Both the position numbers and the translations under genes were made by a program. Of a stretch of 64,000 bases of DNA, positions 10,121 through 19,784 are shown in pieces. Source of the stretch: Vulcanimicrobiota bacterium (lineage in GTDB: Bacteria > Vulcanimicrobiota > Vulcanimicrobiia > Vulcanimicrobiales > Vulcanimicrobiaceae). The first letter of the stretch is position 1, and each line of letters opens with the position of its first letter. The stretch covers positions 1,824,001-1,888,000 of the forward strand of contig OY968762.1 of the NCBI GenBank assembly GCA_963695225.1. The letters run 5' to 3'. The notes beneath the pieces are model-generated. The model worked only from the letters and a program-made list of their open reading frames with translations. It had not been told where the DNA came from and made no database searches.

Positions 10121-11641
10121 GTGGCGAAGGAACGACTCGGAAAAGTCTGGCTCGTCGGCGCGGGGCCGGGCGACCCCGGCCTGCTCACGCTCAAAGCGGC
10201 GCGCGCGATCTCTTCGTGCGAGGTCCTCGTCTACGACTATCTGGCGTCGAATGCGATCGTGAGTCTCGCCCCGCCCGATTGCGAGAAGATCTACGTCGGC
10301 AAGAAAGCCGGCGCGCACACGCTCACGCAGGATGAGATCACGGCGCTGATCGTGCGCTTGGGCCTCGAAGGCCGCCGCGTCGTGCGCCTCAAGGGCGGGG
10401 ACGTCTTCGTCTTCGCGCGCGGCGGCGAGGAAGCGCGCGAACTTCGGGATGCCGGCGTTCCGTTCGAGATCGTCCCCGGCATCACGTCCGCGATCGCAGC
10501 ACCGGCGTACGCCGGCATCCCGATCTCGCATCGCGATCACAACACGTCGTTCACGATCGCGACCGGGCACGAGGATCCGACCAAAGGCTATAGCTCGATC
10601 GATTTTGCGAAGCTCGCGAATCCGGCGCAAACGCTCGTCTTCTTGATGGCGATGGGGAACCTGCGCGGCATCGTCGCGAAGCTGATCGAGAACGGGATGC
10701 CAGCGGACCAACCCGTCGGGATCGTTCGCGAGGGGACGCGCCCCACGCAAGAGACGCTCGTCGGGACGCTCGGCACGATCTGCGACGAGGTCGAACGGGT
10801 GAAGTTTGAGGCGCCGGCGATCGTCGTGATCGGGAACGTCGTGCGCGAACGCGAGCACATCCGCTGGTTCGATACGGGCCCGCTCTTCGGCAAGAAAGTC
10901 TTGGTCACGCGCGCGGTCGGGCAAGCCGACGATCTCGCGACGAAGCTCTGGGAGCGCGGCGCCGAACCGATCCTCGCCCCGACGATCGCGATCGGGCCGC
11001 CCGACGATCTCGAACGCGCCGAAGGGGCGGTCCGCAACGTACGCTCCTATCAATGGATCGTCTTCACGAGCACGAACGGCGTCGCTGCGTTCTTCGACCG
11101 GCTCTCGGCGAGCGGCGGCGACGCGCGCGCGCTCGGCGACGTGAAGGTCGCCGCGATCGGCCCCAAGACCGCAGGCGCGCTCGTCGCGCACGGCATCCGG
11201 CCGGATTTCACGCCCGCGAAGTTCATCAGCGAAGACGTCGCGGAGGGTCTGCTCGAGCGCACGGCGAGCGGCGACCGGATCCTGCTCTACCGCGCCGCGG
11301 AGGCGCGCGACGTGTTGCCGCAGACGCTGCGCGCGAAAGATCGAATCGTCGAGGTCGTCGCGGCCTACAAGACGGCGCTCGTGCTCGATGCCGCGCTCGC
11401 GGAAGCCGCGCGTCGCGCCGACGTCTGGACGTTCACGAGCGCGAGCACGGTGCACGGCTTCAACAAGAACGTCCCCGACGCAGCCTCGCTCGCGCGCGGC
11501 AAGACGATCGCCTGCATCGGCCCGATCACGGCCGCCGCCGCAACGGAAGCCGGCTTCCCGCCGACGGTCGTCGCCGACGACTACACGGCGGACGGGCTCG
11601 TCGAAGCGCTGGAACGATCGGCCCGGCAAACGAGCGCGTAG
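10121..11641 (+). CDS. cobA: Uroporphyrinogen-III C-methyltransferase / uroporphyrinogen-III synthase fusion (CobA-HemD)
   Basis: Methyltransferase: VWLVGAGPGDPGLLT, VVRLKGGD..FARGGEE, VPGITSA. HemD: PLFGKKVLVTR, FTSTNGV, AIGPKT, FTSASTV, CIGPIT. GTG at 10121. Confidence 0.93.
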   Translation: MAKERLGKVWLVGAGPGDPGLLTLKAARAISSCEVLVYDYLASNAIVSLAPPDCEKIYVGKKAGAHTLTQDEITALIVRLGLEGRRVVRLKGGDVFVFARGGEEARELRDAGVPFEIVPGITSAIAAPAYAGIPISHRDHNTSFTIATGHEDPTKGYSSIDFAKLANPAQTLVFLMAMGNLRGIVAKLIENGMPADQPVGIVREGTRPTQETLVGTLGTICDEVERVKFEAPAIVVIGNVVREREHIRWFDTGPLFGKKVLVTRAVGQADDLATKLWERGAEPILAPTIAIGPPDDLERAEGAVRNVRSYQWIVFTSTNGVAAFFDRLSASGGDARALGDVKVAAIGPKTAGALVAHGIRPDFTPAKFISEDVAEGLLERTASGDRILLYRAAEARDVLPQTLRAKDRIVEVVAAYKTALVLDAALAEAARRADVWTFTSASTVHGFNKNVPDAASLARGKTIACIGPITAAAATEAGFPPTVVADDYTADGLVEALERSARQTSA

Positions 11642-11643
11642 CC

Positions 11644-11702
11644 TTCACCCTCGACGGGCGCAGAGTGACCGTGGCCCTCGGGTCATGGGTCACCGAGGTG
11701 AA
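11644..11702. terminator. Long GC-rich stem-loop after cobA-hemD (possible terminator or mRNA end)
   Basis: ttcaccctcg...gtgacc-gtggccc/gggtcat-ggtcac...cgaggtgaa pair up; there is no U-tract on the + strand. Confidence 0.4.
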
Positions 11703-11704
11703 AA

Positions 11705-11733
11705 TTGACGGCTCGCGCGTGAAAAGGTAGCCT
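11705..11733 (+). promoter_or_regulatory. Sigma70-type promoter for the DUF92 gene
   Basis: TTGACG-N17-TAGCCT, ending 24 nt before GTG 11758. Confidence 0.55.
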
Positions 11734-11757
11734 CGCACCTCGCCGAAGGTCGGCCCG

Positions 11758-12555
11758 GTGCGTCTCTCGCTCGCTCCGCTGACGGATTTCGATCTCGGTG
11801 CGCTGCTCGCGGCCGTCATCGGGTTCGCGGCGTGGCGCGTTCGCGCGCTGACGGCGGGCGGCGCAATCGGCGCGGCGCTCGTGGGGACGGCGACGTTCGG
11901 CGCGCTCGGGATGCGGGGCGCGTTCGTCTTGCTCGCGTTCTTCGTTAGCTCGATCGCGCTCTCGCGCCTGGGGAAGGCGCGCAAGGCGGCGCTCGTCGAC
12001 GCGGGAAAAAGCGGTCCGCGCGACGGCGCTCAAGTCTTCGCAAACGGCGGCGTCGCGGCGATCTGCGCGCTGCTCGCGCTCGGCGGGGATCAGCGTTTCG
12101 CGGTCGCCTTCGCAGGAGCGTTCGCGGCCGCGACCGCCGATACGTGGGCGACCGAGATCGGGACGCTCTTCGGCGGGCAGCCGCATTCGATTCTCACGTT
12201 CCGTCCGATCGCTAAGGGCCTCTCCGGCGGCGTCTCGCTCGCCGGAACGCTCGCCTCGTTCGCGGGCGCGTTGCTGCTCGGAGCGGTCGCGGCCGCGGCG
12301 GGGTTCGGGAGCTTCGCCGCCGTCGCGCTCGCCGGCGTCGCGGGCTCGCTCTTGGATTCCGTTCTCGGCGCCTCGCTGCAGTCGCTGCGCTGGTGCCCGC
12401 AGTGCGCGCGCGGCTGCGAAACCGATCCGCATGCCTGCGGCGCGAACACGACGCCGCTTCGCGGGCTGAGCTGGTTCGGCAACGATGCCGTCAACTTCGC
12501 GGCGACGCTCGGGGGCGCGCTCCTCGCATTCGCGCTCGCCGCGCGCCCGAGCTAG
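11758..12555 (+). CDS. DUF92 (TMEM19-like) membrane protein
   Basis: LTAGGAIGA, FFVSS..LSR, RDGAQVFANGG, ATADTWATEIG, GLSGGVSLAG, DSVLGASLQ, NDAVNF; the loop has Cys motifs (CPQC). Confidence 0.88.
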   Translation: MRLSLAPLTDFDLGALLAAVIGFAAWRVRALTAGGAIGAALVGTATFGALGMRGAFVLLAFFVSSIALSRLGKARKAALVDAGKSGPRDGAQVFANGGVAAICALLALGGDQRFAVAFAGAFAAATADTWATEIGTLFGGQPHSILTFRPIAKGLSGGVSLAGTLASFAGALLLGAVAAAAGFGSFAAVALAGVAGSLLDSVLGASLQSLRWCPQCARGCETDPHACGANTTPLRGLSWFGNDAVNFAATLGGALLAFALAARPS

Positions 12556-12561
12556 CGGCGT

Positions 12562-12819
12562 TCAGGCGGACGCGTTCCCGTACTTCTTCTCGAGGTACGG
12601 GATGATGTCGTCGTCGTCGCTGAGGACGACGTCGCCGTCGACCATCACCGGGATGCTCGTCTGCCCCGAGACCTCCTTGACGATCCCGCGCTCCGAATGC
12701 GGCCGCGGCACGTTGACGTTCTTGTAGTCGAGCAAGAGGTCCGTGAGCTTCGAGCGCACGCGCACGCAGTACGGACACCACTCGGCTTGATACAGCACGA
12801 TCTCGGTTGGGCGGCCCAT
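12562..12819 (-). CDS. Glutaredoxin-like (GST-N) protein
   Basis: LYQAEWCPYCVRVR, SGQTSIPVMVD, IIPYL; AAAGGA RBS before ATG 12819. Confidence 0.88.
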   Translation of the reverse strand: MGRPTEIVLYQAEWCPYCVRVRSKLTDLLLDYKNVNVPRPHSERGIVKEVSGQTSIPVMVDGDVVLSDDDDIIPYLEKKYGNASA

Positions 12820-12897
12820 GAAGATCCTTTCGGGAAAGTACACGACTCTTAGGTAGGGCCGCCGCCGAATGGTTGCAAGCTCGGATGAACGCCGGGA

Positions 12898-14373
12898 TCA
12901 GTCCGCCGCGACGCCCTCCGGGCGGGCGAACAGCCCCGCGATCCAACGCTCGACCTCGTCCACTCCGCGCGGGATCGCCTCCGAGAGAACCTCGCACCCG
13001 TCCGCCGTGATCGCGACGTCGTCTTCGATGCGAATGCCGATCCCGCGATAGCGCGCGGGGACGGTCAGATCGTCGATTTGGAAATAGAGGCCCGGCTCGA
13101 CCGTGAGGACCATCCCGGCTTCCAACTTCCCGTAGCGGTATGTTTGGGCGCGCGCCGCGGCGCAATCGTGCACGTCGAGGCCCAGCATGTGGCTGACGCC
13201 ATGCAGCGAGTAGCGCTTGTAGAACTGATTCTGCTCCGCCAACGCCTCCTCGGGCGTCGTGCGCAGGATGCCGAGGCGGGCGAGGCCCGCGGCGAGGACG
13301 CGCATCGCGGCGCGGTGGGGGTCGAGAAAATCCCGCCCGGGGCGGCATTCTTCGAGCGCCGCGGCGTGCGCGTCGAGTACGAGCTGGTAGATCTCTCGCT
13401 GTTCCGGCGCGAACGTCCCGGAGATGGGAAGCGTGCGCGTGATGTCGGCGGTGTAGAGGCTCTCCCCTTCGACGCCCGCGTCGAGCAAGAGCAGGTCGCC
13501 CTCGCGCAGCGCGCGATCGTTGCGCGTCCAATGCAGGATGCACGCGTTCGGCCCGGAGGCGGCGATCGTACCGTACCCGACGTCGTTCCCCTCGACGCGC
13601 GCGCGCAGGTTGAAGACGCCTTCGACGACGCGCTCGGTAGCGGCCGCGGGAAGCGCGCGAATCACGTCCTCGAAGCCCCGCTTCGTCGCGGCGATCGCCT
13701 GCCGCAGCGCCTCGAGTTCGAACTCGTCCTTGATCAGCCGCATCTCCGATAGCGCCGCCGCGAGTTCGCCGTCCCGTTCGTCTTGCGCCGGGAAGCGGGC
13801 GTCGAGCGCCGGATCGATGCCGCGCAACAGGCGCCACGCTCCGGCACCGGCGGCGAGTGCGGTGCAGGCCTGTTCGAGTTCCGCCAGCGGCCGGGCCGAA
13901 AGCCCGTAACGGGCGCTCGTCTGCGGCACGCCCAGGCGCGGCCCTACCCACAGTTCGCCCTTCGAGCGGTCGGAGAAGAACGTCGGATCTGTCTTCCCCG
14001 GATTCGGCTCGACGAAGAGGGTCGCGGCGGGTCCGTCGGGCGCAGGCGCGAGGACGAGCACGCCGTCGGGTTCGAGATTCCCGGTCAGGTAATAGAAGTC
14101 GGTCCCCGGCCGGAAGCGGTACGTCGTGTCGTTCGCCCGGATCTTCTCGTGCCCGGTCGGGATCACGAGCGTTTCCCCGGGGAAGAGCGCGGCGAGCGTT
14201 CTTCGCCGCGCGGCGAACCGTTCGGCACCCGGGATCGGTTCGGGAAGCGTCTGCGGAGGGGCCGCCCAGCCCGTCAGCATGAAGGCGCGTAAGTTCTCCG
14301 GCGTCGTGCCGTCGTGCGCGGCCCGCGCGGCGGACGGCACTTCCTCGCCCTGCCTCATCTCGTTGCTCCCCAT
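12898..14373 (-). CDS. pepP: Xaa-Pro aminopeptidase (M24B)
   Basis: RANDTTYRFRPGTDFYYLTG, LLLDAG, YTADITRT, HGVSHMLGLDVHD, TVEPGLY, GIRIEDDV. Confidence 0.92.
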   Translation of the reverse strand: MGSNEMRQGEEVPSAARAAHDGTTPENLRAFMLTGWAAPPQTLPEPIPGAERFAARRRTLAALFPGETLVIPTGHEKIRANDTTYRFRPGTDFYYLTGNLEPDGVLVLAPAPDGPAATLFVEPNPGKTDPTFFSDRSKGELWVGPRLGVPQTSARYGLSARPLAELEQACTALAAGAGAWRLLRGIDPALDARFPAQDERDGELAAALSEMRLIKDEFELEALRQAIAATKRGFEDVIRALPAAATERVVEGVFNLRARVEGNDVGYGTIAASGPNACILHWTRNDRALREGDLLLLDAGVEGESLYTADITRTLPISGTFAPEQREIYQLVLDAHAAALEECRPGRDFLDPHRAAMRVLAAGLARLGILRTTPEEALAEQNQFYKRYSLHGVSHMLGLDVHDCAAARAQTYRYGKLEAGMVLTVEPGLYFQIDDLTVPARYRGIGIRIEDDVAITADGCEVLSEAIPRGVDEVERWIAGLFARPEGVAAD

Positions 14374-14395
14374 GCCGGCCGTTTCGACGAGGTGC

Positions 14396-15310
14396 TCAGA
14401 GAATCGTCTTGCCGAGCGCGGAGAGGATGAGTTCGACGGCGAGCGCGGCGGTGCGATTGCGCTCGTCGAGGATCGGGTTGATCTCCGTGACCTCCATCGA
14501 CCCGAGCACCCCGGCTTCCGAGATCATCTCCATCGCGAGGTGCGCTTCGCGATACGAAAGGCCGCCGCGCGACGGCGTCCCGACTCCGGGCGCTTCGCTC
14601 GGATCGATGCCGTCCATATCGAACGACAGGTGCGCCGTTTCCGGCTCGCTTCCGAGGAGCGCGAGCGTCTCTTCCATCACGCGTTCCATGCCCAATCGAT
14701 CGACGTCGGTCATCGTGTACGCGCGCACGCCCCACTCGCGGATCGCGCGACGCTCCCCCGCATCGAGATCTCGCAGGCCGATCAGGACCGTCTTACCGGG
14801 ATCGATCGCATGCTCTTGCAGCGAGATCGCGACGGGCATCCCGTGAACGTTCCCCGAGGGTGAAGTCGCCGGCGTGTTGATGTCGCCGTGCGCGTCGATC
14901 CAGATCAACCCCGGTTGCCGCCCGCGCGCCCGCCGAATGCCGGCGAGCGTTCCGATCGCGATCGAATGATCGCCGCCGAGTACGAGCGGGAAGCCGCCCT
15001 CGCGGACGACGCGCTCGACGAGCTGCGCGAGTTCCTCGCACACGGCGCGAATGAGCGGAAGGTACTTCGCGCTCGCTTCGTCCATCGTCGCAGATTCCGG
15101 GACGGGGACGTAGAGGTTGCCGTGATCGTTCGTGGTCGCGACGCCGAGCAGGCCGAGGTTCTCTTTCAGGCGCGCGTAGCGAATCGCGGAGGGCCCCATG
15201 TCGACTCCGCGCCGGTCGGCGCCGAGATCCATCGGCACGCCGATCACGTCGACGCGCGCGGGGACCCGGCGCGGGGGGCGGTCGATATCCAGCTTCGAGG
15301 CGGCGACCAT
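14396..15310 (-). CDS. rocF: Arginase
   Basis: GADRRGVDMGP, LGGDHSIAIG, WIDAHGDINTP..SPSGNVHGMP, SFDMDGIDP, EINP. Confidence 0.93.
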   Translation of the reverse strand: MVAASKLDIDRPPRRVPARVDVIGVPMDLGADRRGVDMGPSAIRYARLKENLGLLGVATTNDHGNLYVPVPESATMDEASAKYLPLIRAVCEELAQLVERVVREGGFPLVLGGDHSIAIGTLAGIRRARGRQPGLIWIDAHGDINTPATSPSGNVHGMPVAISLQEHAIDPGKTVLIGLRDLDAGERRAIREWGVRAYTMTDVDRLGMERVMEETLALLGSEPETAHLSFDMDGIDPSEAPGVGTPSRGGLSYREAHLAMEMISEAGVLGSMEVTEINPILDERNRTAALAVELILSALGKTIL

Positions 15311-15328
15311 TTCGGCGCCTTCGCCCCG

Positions 15329-16513
15329 CTAGCGGCGCGAGCCCTGCGCGGCGGGTTCGCGCGCGGCGGTCGGCGGCGTGACCGCGGGCGCCGGCATCTC
15401 GGCGGCCCCTTCCTCTCCCAGCAGCGCGTAACGAGGAACCAGATGGATGAAGAGCACGCGCAGTATCCCGGCGACCGGTACGGCCAAGAACATCCCGCCG
15501 AGGCCGCCGAGTTCGCCGCCGATCAGGATCGCGACGATCACCATGAGCGGCGAGAGCCCGACGCTTTCGCTGACGACTCGCGGAGCGATCAGATGCCCTT
15601 CGAGCTGATTGATCACGACGAAGCACCCCGCGACGACGAGCGCTTGTTGCCAGCCGTCGTTGAAGAGCGCGAGGAGCACCGCCGGGACGAAACCGGCGAT
15701 CGCTCCGACGAACGGGATGATGTTCAAGAGACCCGCGACGAACCCGATCAGCACGGCGTACCTTACGTGCGTGGCGAGCAGCGCGATCGCGATCAGCGTC
15801 CCTACGATCGCTCCGACCAGAAACTGGCCGCGGATGAATCCGCCGAGCAATCGGTCGAGATCGCGAGCGATCGCTACGACCTTCGGTTGCGCCTGGGGCG
15901 GAACCGCGCGCAGCGCGCGGCTCGCGAGCGCCTCGTGCTCGATCATCAGATACGCGGAGATCACCGGGATCACGACGACCGTGGCGATGACGGAGACCGC
16001 CGAAAGCAGGATCGCGAGCGCTCGGGCCGCCGCTCCGCCCGCATACTGTTGTGCGAGCGACCCGATCTGCAACGGCAAATCGCTGAGATAGTCGCGCGCG
16101 TTCGGGGGTAGGCGCGCCCACAGCGGATTGGCGGGGTCGTTCAGCAACACCTGAGCGCGGTGCACGATCCCCGGATAGGCTTTCACGAGCGCTTGCGCGT
16201 CGTTCGCGAGCGCGGGGACCAGAAACGCGAACGCCAGCGCCGCAATCACCGCGAGCGCCGCGTAGACGAGCAAGATCGCGGCGATCGGCGGGACCCGCTT
16301 CGAGAGCGCGCGCACCGCCGGGTACACGACGTACGTGAAGAAGATCGCGCCGACCAGGATCACGGTGAACGAGTGAATCCGGTTCAGAAAATCGAGGATC
16401 GCCGAGAGCACCATCGCGCCGAGGACGACCAGCAAGAGCACTTTCAGCCAGTACGTCACGCGGCGCTCCGCGCGGGAGCGGGGGCGCCGGGCCCGTGGAG
16501 CTCCGACGCTCAC
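15329..16513 (-). CDS. AI-2E family transporter
   Basis: FIRGQ, LLNIIPFVG, INQLEGHLIAPRV..SVGLSP, GMFLAVP. Start is either GTG 16513 (GTGA overlap) or GTG 16459. Confidence 0.88.
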   Translation of the reverse strand: MSVGAPRARRPRSRAERRVTYWLKVLLLVVLGAMVLSAILDFLNRIHSFTVILVGAIFFTYVVYPAVRALSKRVPPIAAILLVYAALAVIAALAFAFLVPALANDAQALVKAYPGIVHRAQVLLNDPANPLWARLPPNARDYLSDLPLQIGSLAQQYAGGAAARALAILLSAVSVIATVVVIPVISAYLMIEHEALASRALRAVPPQAQPKVVAIARDLDRLLGGFIRGQFLVGAIVGTLIAIALLATHVRYAVLIGFVAGLLNIIPFVGAIAGFVPAVLLALFNDGWQQALVVAGCFVVINQLEGHLIAPRVVSESVGLSPLMVIVAILIGGELGGLGGMFLAVPVAGILRVLFIHLVPRYALLGEEGAAEMPAPAVTPPTAAREPAAQGSRR

Positions 16514-16968
16514 CGGTCGAGCTTGACGGGCATTGCCGCGCGCAAGAGCGCGGCGAGCGGAGCGAAGGCCGCCTGCGCCGGGCCGCGCAACGCGCGCGAG
16601 AGCGGCGTCTCGACGTACCCGTCGTCGTAGTCGAGGACGGCCATGTGCGCCCGGCGCTTCTGCGGGAGTTCGTCGCTCCAGCGGTAGAGACGCTCGACCC
16701 CGTCCGGGAATTCGGCGCGCAGTCGAGCCATGAGCGCCGCATCGTCGGGCTCCTCTCGCACGAGGCGCGCCCACCCTGCATACGTCGTCCCGAGCACGGC
16801 CAGAACGTCCGCATCGACCGGACTCTGCCCGAAGAGATAGCCTCCGAGCGTCCCCGCGAGATGCGCGCGCGTCTTATCGATCAGACGCGGCAGCCAACGG
16901 ATCCCGTCGAGCGTCTCGGACCAGCGCCGCGGGGCGGTGACCCGCAGATCGGGCGCGTTCGTCGTCAT
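16510..16968 (-). CDS. DUF5069-like protein
   Basis: DLRVTAPRRW..LDGIRWLPRLIDKTRA..GTLGGY..SPVD; paralog of 51648..52094. Confidence 0.75.
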   Translation of the reverse strand: MTTNAPDLRVTAPRRWSETLDGIRWLPRLIDKTRAHLAGTLGGYLFGQSPVDADVLAVLGTTYAGWARLVREEPDDAALMARLRAEFPDGVERLYRWSDELPQKRRAHMAVLDYDDGYVETPLSRALRGPAQAAFAPLAALLRAAMPVKLDR

Positions 16969-17030
16969 GCGCACCGATACGCCGTCCCCGGCGGGAGGCC
17001 CCGCCGAGCCAACCTGCGTAGACGCGGCAT

Positions 17031-18083
17031 ATGAACCGTCAAGCGGTGTGTGCCTTGCTCCTCGCCGCGTTCGGCGCGGTCCTTACGTCGAGCGGTTGCT
17101 CGCAGAGCAAGAACGCGTCGAGCGGGAACGCGACCGCGAGCCCGGCCGCGAAGACGCGCCTCGCGATGGTAACCGATATCGGCGGACTCGGGGACAAATC
17201 GTTCAACGATTCCGCTTACGCCGGCCTCAAGGAGGCCGAAAGCCGCCTCGGCGCCGACGTCCAGGTTCTGCAATCGAAATCCGCGGCGGATTATCAGCCG
17301 AACCTTTCGATGCTCGCGAACGCCGGCGCGGACGAGATCATCGCGATCGGCTTCCTGTTGAACAAGGATCTCACGAGCATCGCGAGCAGCTATCCGAACA
17401 GCCACTTCGCGATCGTCGATGCGGTCGTCGACCAGCCGAACGTCGCATCCGTGACGTTCCGGGAACAGGAAGGCTCGTTTCTCGCCGGCGCGCTCGCGGC
17501 GCTCGTGAGCAAGACGAAGACGATCGCGTTTCTCGGCGGGATGGACATCCCGCTGTTGCGCAAATTCGAAGCCGGGTTCACCGCGGGCGCGCACCAGATC
17601 GATCCGAACGTGAAGGTGCTCGTGAAGTACGTCGGCTCGTTCGACGATCTCCCCGCGGGCAAGGAGCTGGCGGGCGTGCTCTTCAACGATCGCGCGGACA
17701 TCGTGTTCGCCGCGGCCGGCAAGGCCGGTCTCGGAGCGATCGACGAAGTCCGCTCGCGCGACCATGCGTACGTGATCGGCGTCGACGCGAACCAAGACGG
17801 GCTCGCGCCCGGGAAGATCCTCACGTCGATGATCAAGCACGTCGACGTCGCGGTCTACCGCATCGCACAAGGCGCCGTCGAGCGCAAGTGGCCGGCCGGA
17901 AGCGTCGAGCTCGGGCTCAAAGACGGCGCGATCTCGCTGACCGACATGCGCTACACGAAGGCCGCGGTCGGCGCGGCGAACCTCGCGAAGATCGAAGCGC
18001 TCCGAAAGGCGATCGTCGACGGGAAGATCGTCCCGCCGTCCACGCGCGAAGAGCTCGCTTTGTTCAAGCCTGTTGCGCTGTAG
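17031..18083 (+). CDS. BMP-family ABC substrate-binding lipoprotein (nucleoside type)
   Basis: Lipobox SSGC; TDIGGLGDKSFN, FREQEGSFLAG, VIGVDANQ, TSMIK. Confidence 0.92.
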   Translation: MNRQAVCALLLAAFGAVLTSSGCSQSKNASSGNATASPAAKTRLAMVTDIGGLGDKSFNDSAYAGLKEAESRLGADVQVLQSKSAADYQPNLSMLANAGADEIIAIGFLLNKDLTSIASSYPNSHFAIVDAVVDQPNVASVTFREQEGSFLAGALAALVSKTKTIAFLGGMDIPLLRKFEAGFTAGAHQIDPNVKVLVKYVGSFDDLPAGKELAGVLFNDRADIVFAAAGKAGLGAIDEVRSRDHAYVIGVDANQDGLAPGKILTSMIKHVDVAVYRIAQGAVERKWPAGSVELGLKDGAISLTDMRYTKAAVGAANLAKIEALRKAIVDGKIVPPSTREELALFKPVAL

Positions 18084-18092
18084 CGGTTAATC

Positions 18093-18264
18093 GGTGGGGC
18101 GCGTAAGGCCCGCGTCGAGCGGGAGCCGGGACCCCCGGGCGGGGACGCGCGGTTTTTCCCCTCCTGGAAAAAACCGCGCTCGACACTGCACCGGCGCTCC
18201 GCCATCCCGGCTCCGCTTGTGCAGGCGCCCCGCCCGGGGGTCCCGGCTCCCGCTCGACGCTACC
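18093..18264 (-). repeat. Palindromic structured element, copy 2 (perfect 33-bp outer inverted repeat enclosing two GGA-loop hairpins)
   Basis: Arms 18112-18144 and 18228-18260 are exact reverse complements. On the - strand the inner hairpins carry gccGGGAtggc and ttccAGGAGGggaa. Ends and right flank match copy 1. Confidence 0.85.
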
Positions 18265-18305
18265 GCACGGCTTGCCGCAGGCCGTGCGGCGCGGGCTGAC
18301 CGCCG

Positions 18306-19784
18306 GTGACGGAGGCTGCCGTAGAGCGAACCGAACCCGCGCTTTCGGTGCGGGGGATCGTCAAGCAGTATCCCGGCGTCTTGGCGCTCGACGGGGTCGA
18401 TCTCGATGTCGTTGCGGGCGAGATTCATGCGCTCTGCGGGGAGAACGGCGCGGGGAAATCGACGCTCGCGGCGATTGCCGCGGGGAAGGTCCGCGCGACG
18501 CGCGGGGAGGTGCGGGCTCGCGGGCGCGTCGGGCTCGTGCACCAGCACTTCGAGCTGGTCGACCGGTTGCGCGTTTGGGAGAACGTCGTGCTCGGGGCGG
18601 AGCCGCACGCGGGATTGCGGCTCGATGCGGGCGCTGCGCGGGAGCGCGTGCGCGCGCTTTCGCGGGGGTACGGGCTCGAGGTGGAGCCTGATGCGATCGT
18701 CGAGACGCTCCCCGTCGGCGTGGCGCAACGCGTCGAGATCTTGCGCGAGCTCTCTCGCTCGCCCGCTGTCCTGATCCTGGACGAGCCGACGGCGGTGTTG
18801 GCGCCCGCGGAGATCGATTCGTTCTTCGCGACGGTGCGGGCGCTCGCGCAGCGCGGGGCGGCGATCTTGATCGTCACGCACAAGCTGCAGGAGGTCGTCG
18901 CGCACACGGAGCGCGTCACGGTGTTGCGCGAGGGGAAGGTCGTCGCGCGCTTCGAGACGGCGCGGACGTCGGTCGACGAGATCGCGCGCGCGATGGTCGG
19001 CGGGGAACTCCCTGCGCTGGCGGCGCGCAAGGCGACGGACGTGCGGCCGTTGTTCGCGGTCCGCGAGTTGACGGCGGGGGACGCGGCGCGCGGCGTTCGG
19101 GGCGTCAGCTTCGAGGTCGGCGCGGGGGAGATCGTCGGGATCGCGGGCGTGGAGGGGAACGGGCAGACCGCGCTGGCGGATGCGATCGCGGGGACGATCC
19201 CGGCGCGAGGGAGCGTGCTGCTCGACGGGGCGGCGCTTGTCGGCGAAGCGCCGGGGGCGCGGATCGGAGCCGGGATTCGGACGATTCCGCAGGACCGGCG
19301 GCGCGAGGGCCTCGTCGAGGCGTGGTCGATCGTCGAGAACGTCGCGCTCGGGGATCAGCGCCGCGCCTTTCGGAAGGGAGCGAGCTTCGATCGGGTCGCG
19401 GCGAAAGCACGCGCGGAACGCGTGATCGCGGAGTTCGACGTGCGGACGCCCTCGGCGCTGACGGCGGCGGGCGCGCTTTCCGGCGGGAACCAGCAGAAGG
19501 TCGTCGTCGGGCGGGCGCTAGCCGGAGAGCCGCGGCTCGTGCTCGCATATCAGCCGACGCGCGGGATCGACGTGGGCGCGGCGGCGCTCGTGCAGTCTCG
19601 TTTGATCGAGGCGCGGAATCGCGGCGCGGGCGTGCTGTGGATCTCGTTCGAGCTGGACGAACTGTTCGCGTGCGCGGACCGCATCCTCGTCATGTATCGC
19701 GGCGCGATCGCGGGGGAGTTCGCGCGCGGCGCGTTCGATCGCGCGCGCATCGGCGCGCTCATGGCCGGAGCATCGGCCTTATGA
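18306..19784 (+). CDS. Nucleoside/sugar ABC transporter ATP-binding protein (tandem ABC domains)
   Basis: GENGAGKST, LILDEPTAVL, GVEGNGQ, LSGGNQQK, QPTRGID. Confidence 0.93.
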   Translation: MTEAAVERTEPALSVRGIVKQYPGVLALDGVDLDVVAGEIHALCGENGAGKSTLAAIAAGKVRATRGEVRARGRVGLVHQHFELVDRLRVWENVVLGAEPHAGLRLDAGAARERVRALSRGYGLEVEPDAIVETLPVGVAQRVEILRELSRSPAVLILDEPTAVLAPAEIDSFFATVRALAQRGAAILIVTHKLQEVVAHTERVTVLREGKVVARFETARTSVDEIARAMVGGELPALAARKATDVRPLFAVRELTAGDAARGVRGVSFEVGAGEIVGIAGVEGNGQTALADAIAGTIPARGSVLLDGAALVGEAPGARIGAGIRTIPQDRRREGLVEAWSIVENVALGDQRRAFRKGASFDRVAAKARAERVIAEFDVRTPSALTAAGALSGGNQQKVVVGRALAGEPRLVLAYQPTRGIDVGAAALVQSRLIEARNRGAGVLWISFELDELFACADRILVMYRGAIAGEFARGAFDRARIGALMAGASAL